DNA of 34,928 bases, from contig JBLRXB010000003.1 of assembly GCA_047920915.1 (NCBI GenBank), forward strand, positions 1 to 34,928. The letters run 5' to 3'. Source of the DNA: Kiritimatiellia bacterium. Lineage in GTDB: Bacteria; Verrucomicrobiota; Kiritimatiellia; UBA8416. Under the pieces are notes generated by a model. The model saw nothing but the letters and a program-made list of their open reading frames with translations, made no database searches and had not been told where the DNA came from. This document shows positions 34,479 through 34,928 of this stretch, piece after piece; positions within the stretch are counted from its first letter, which is position 1; each line of letters opens with the position of its first letter. A program made the translations under genes and the position numbers.

Positions 34479-34928
34479 CAGACTGCTATGTTGTTCTTTC
34501 ATCGGCAAATGCCGGTGCTTCTGGTACCATTGCCCGAGACCGCGAACCGTTCGTGCAACTCGGTCTTTCGCGGTCTTGTGCTTGATCGTATCGTAGCCTT
34601 TGCGGCTCTTGCCCCAGTAGTGGGTAAAGCCGAGGAAATCGAATGTCCCCGGTTTTCCGCTCTGGCACTTTCCCGCTGGTCTGAACTCGACAAGACGCGT
34701 CTTGTCCGGGTGAACCGTTAGGCCGTACTTGCGAATCGCTTCGGCAGCACGTCCATGACGCGACGCGCATCGCGATCATTGCTGAACCCGATCACAAAGT
34801 CATCCGCAAACCGAACCAGGAACGCCTTGCCATCAAGCAATGGCTTTATCTGGTTTTCAAACCACTCATCCAGAACGGTGTGCAAGTAGATGTTGCTCAG
34901 CAGGGGGCTGATACATCCGCCTTGCGGT
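34479..34928 (-). pseudogene. ltrA: Group II intron reverse transcriptase/maturase remnant (frameshifted, 3'-truncated; 5' part lies beyond the window)
   Basis: Manual translation gives [23 protein letters not shown]...[12 protein letters not shown]...VLPKRF, a frame break at 34731-34732, then [16 protein letters not shown]...TFDFLGFTHYWGKSRKG...HRHLPMKEQHSSL, after which similarity is lost. Confidence 0.9.

Noticed and set aside
34689-34706. Perfect 18-bp palindrome GACAAGACGCGTCTTGTC
   Set aside because: Encodes the conserved RT residues DKTRLV, is single copy and has no loop; most likely a coding coincidence.
34338-34779. ORF-track calls at 34338-34721, 34486-34779 and 34499-34693
   Set aside because: These are off-frame or antisense readings of the RT remnant and the rplU promoter region.

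Overview
Gene-dense bacterial chromosomal window, moderately GC-rich, from a probable anaerobe (it carries a superoxide reductase and a TM1266-like ACT protein). The gene styles suggest a PVC-superphylum organism such as Kiritimatiellae/Lentisphaerae, which is inference only. From left to right: a truncated hypothetical gene; a 571-aa protein with transglutaminase-like motifs; trpF-trpB-trpA plus a YbgC-type thioesterase, bracketed by two copies of a GGAG/GTAG-tagged palindrome; an FmdB zinc-ribbon protein; prephenate dehydratase; a small basic protein with a terminator; a PabB-PabC fusion; three GT4 glycosyltransferases; and a rubredoxin-fused superoxide reductase. Next is an atypical sigma-70-family gene preceded by a sigma54 -24/-12 promoter, a consensus IHF site and a candidate activator site. 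Divergent from it is a 10-gene run made of a PilGHI-like ABC module followed by a DUF3450/ExbB/ExbB/ExbD/TonB/TPR energiser. The window continues with a large exported protein, a PPIase-disulfide reductase-HAD-oppBC operon, GspL/GspM-like genes with prmC, and rplU-rpmA-obgE. It ends in a frameshifted, truncated group II intron reverse-transcriptase remnant that the supplied ORF track misses. No rRNA, tRNA or CRISPR array was recognised. All family calls come from reading motifs by eye; no database search was run.
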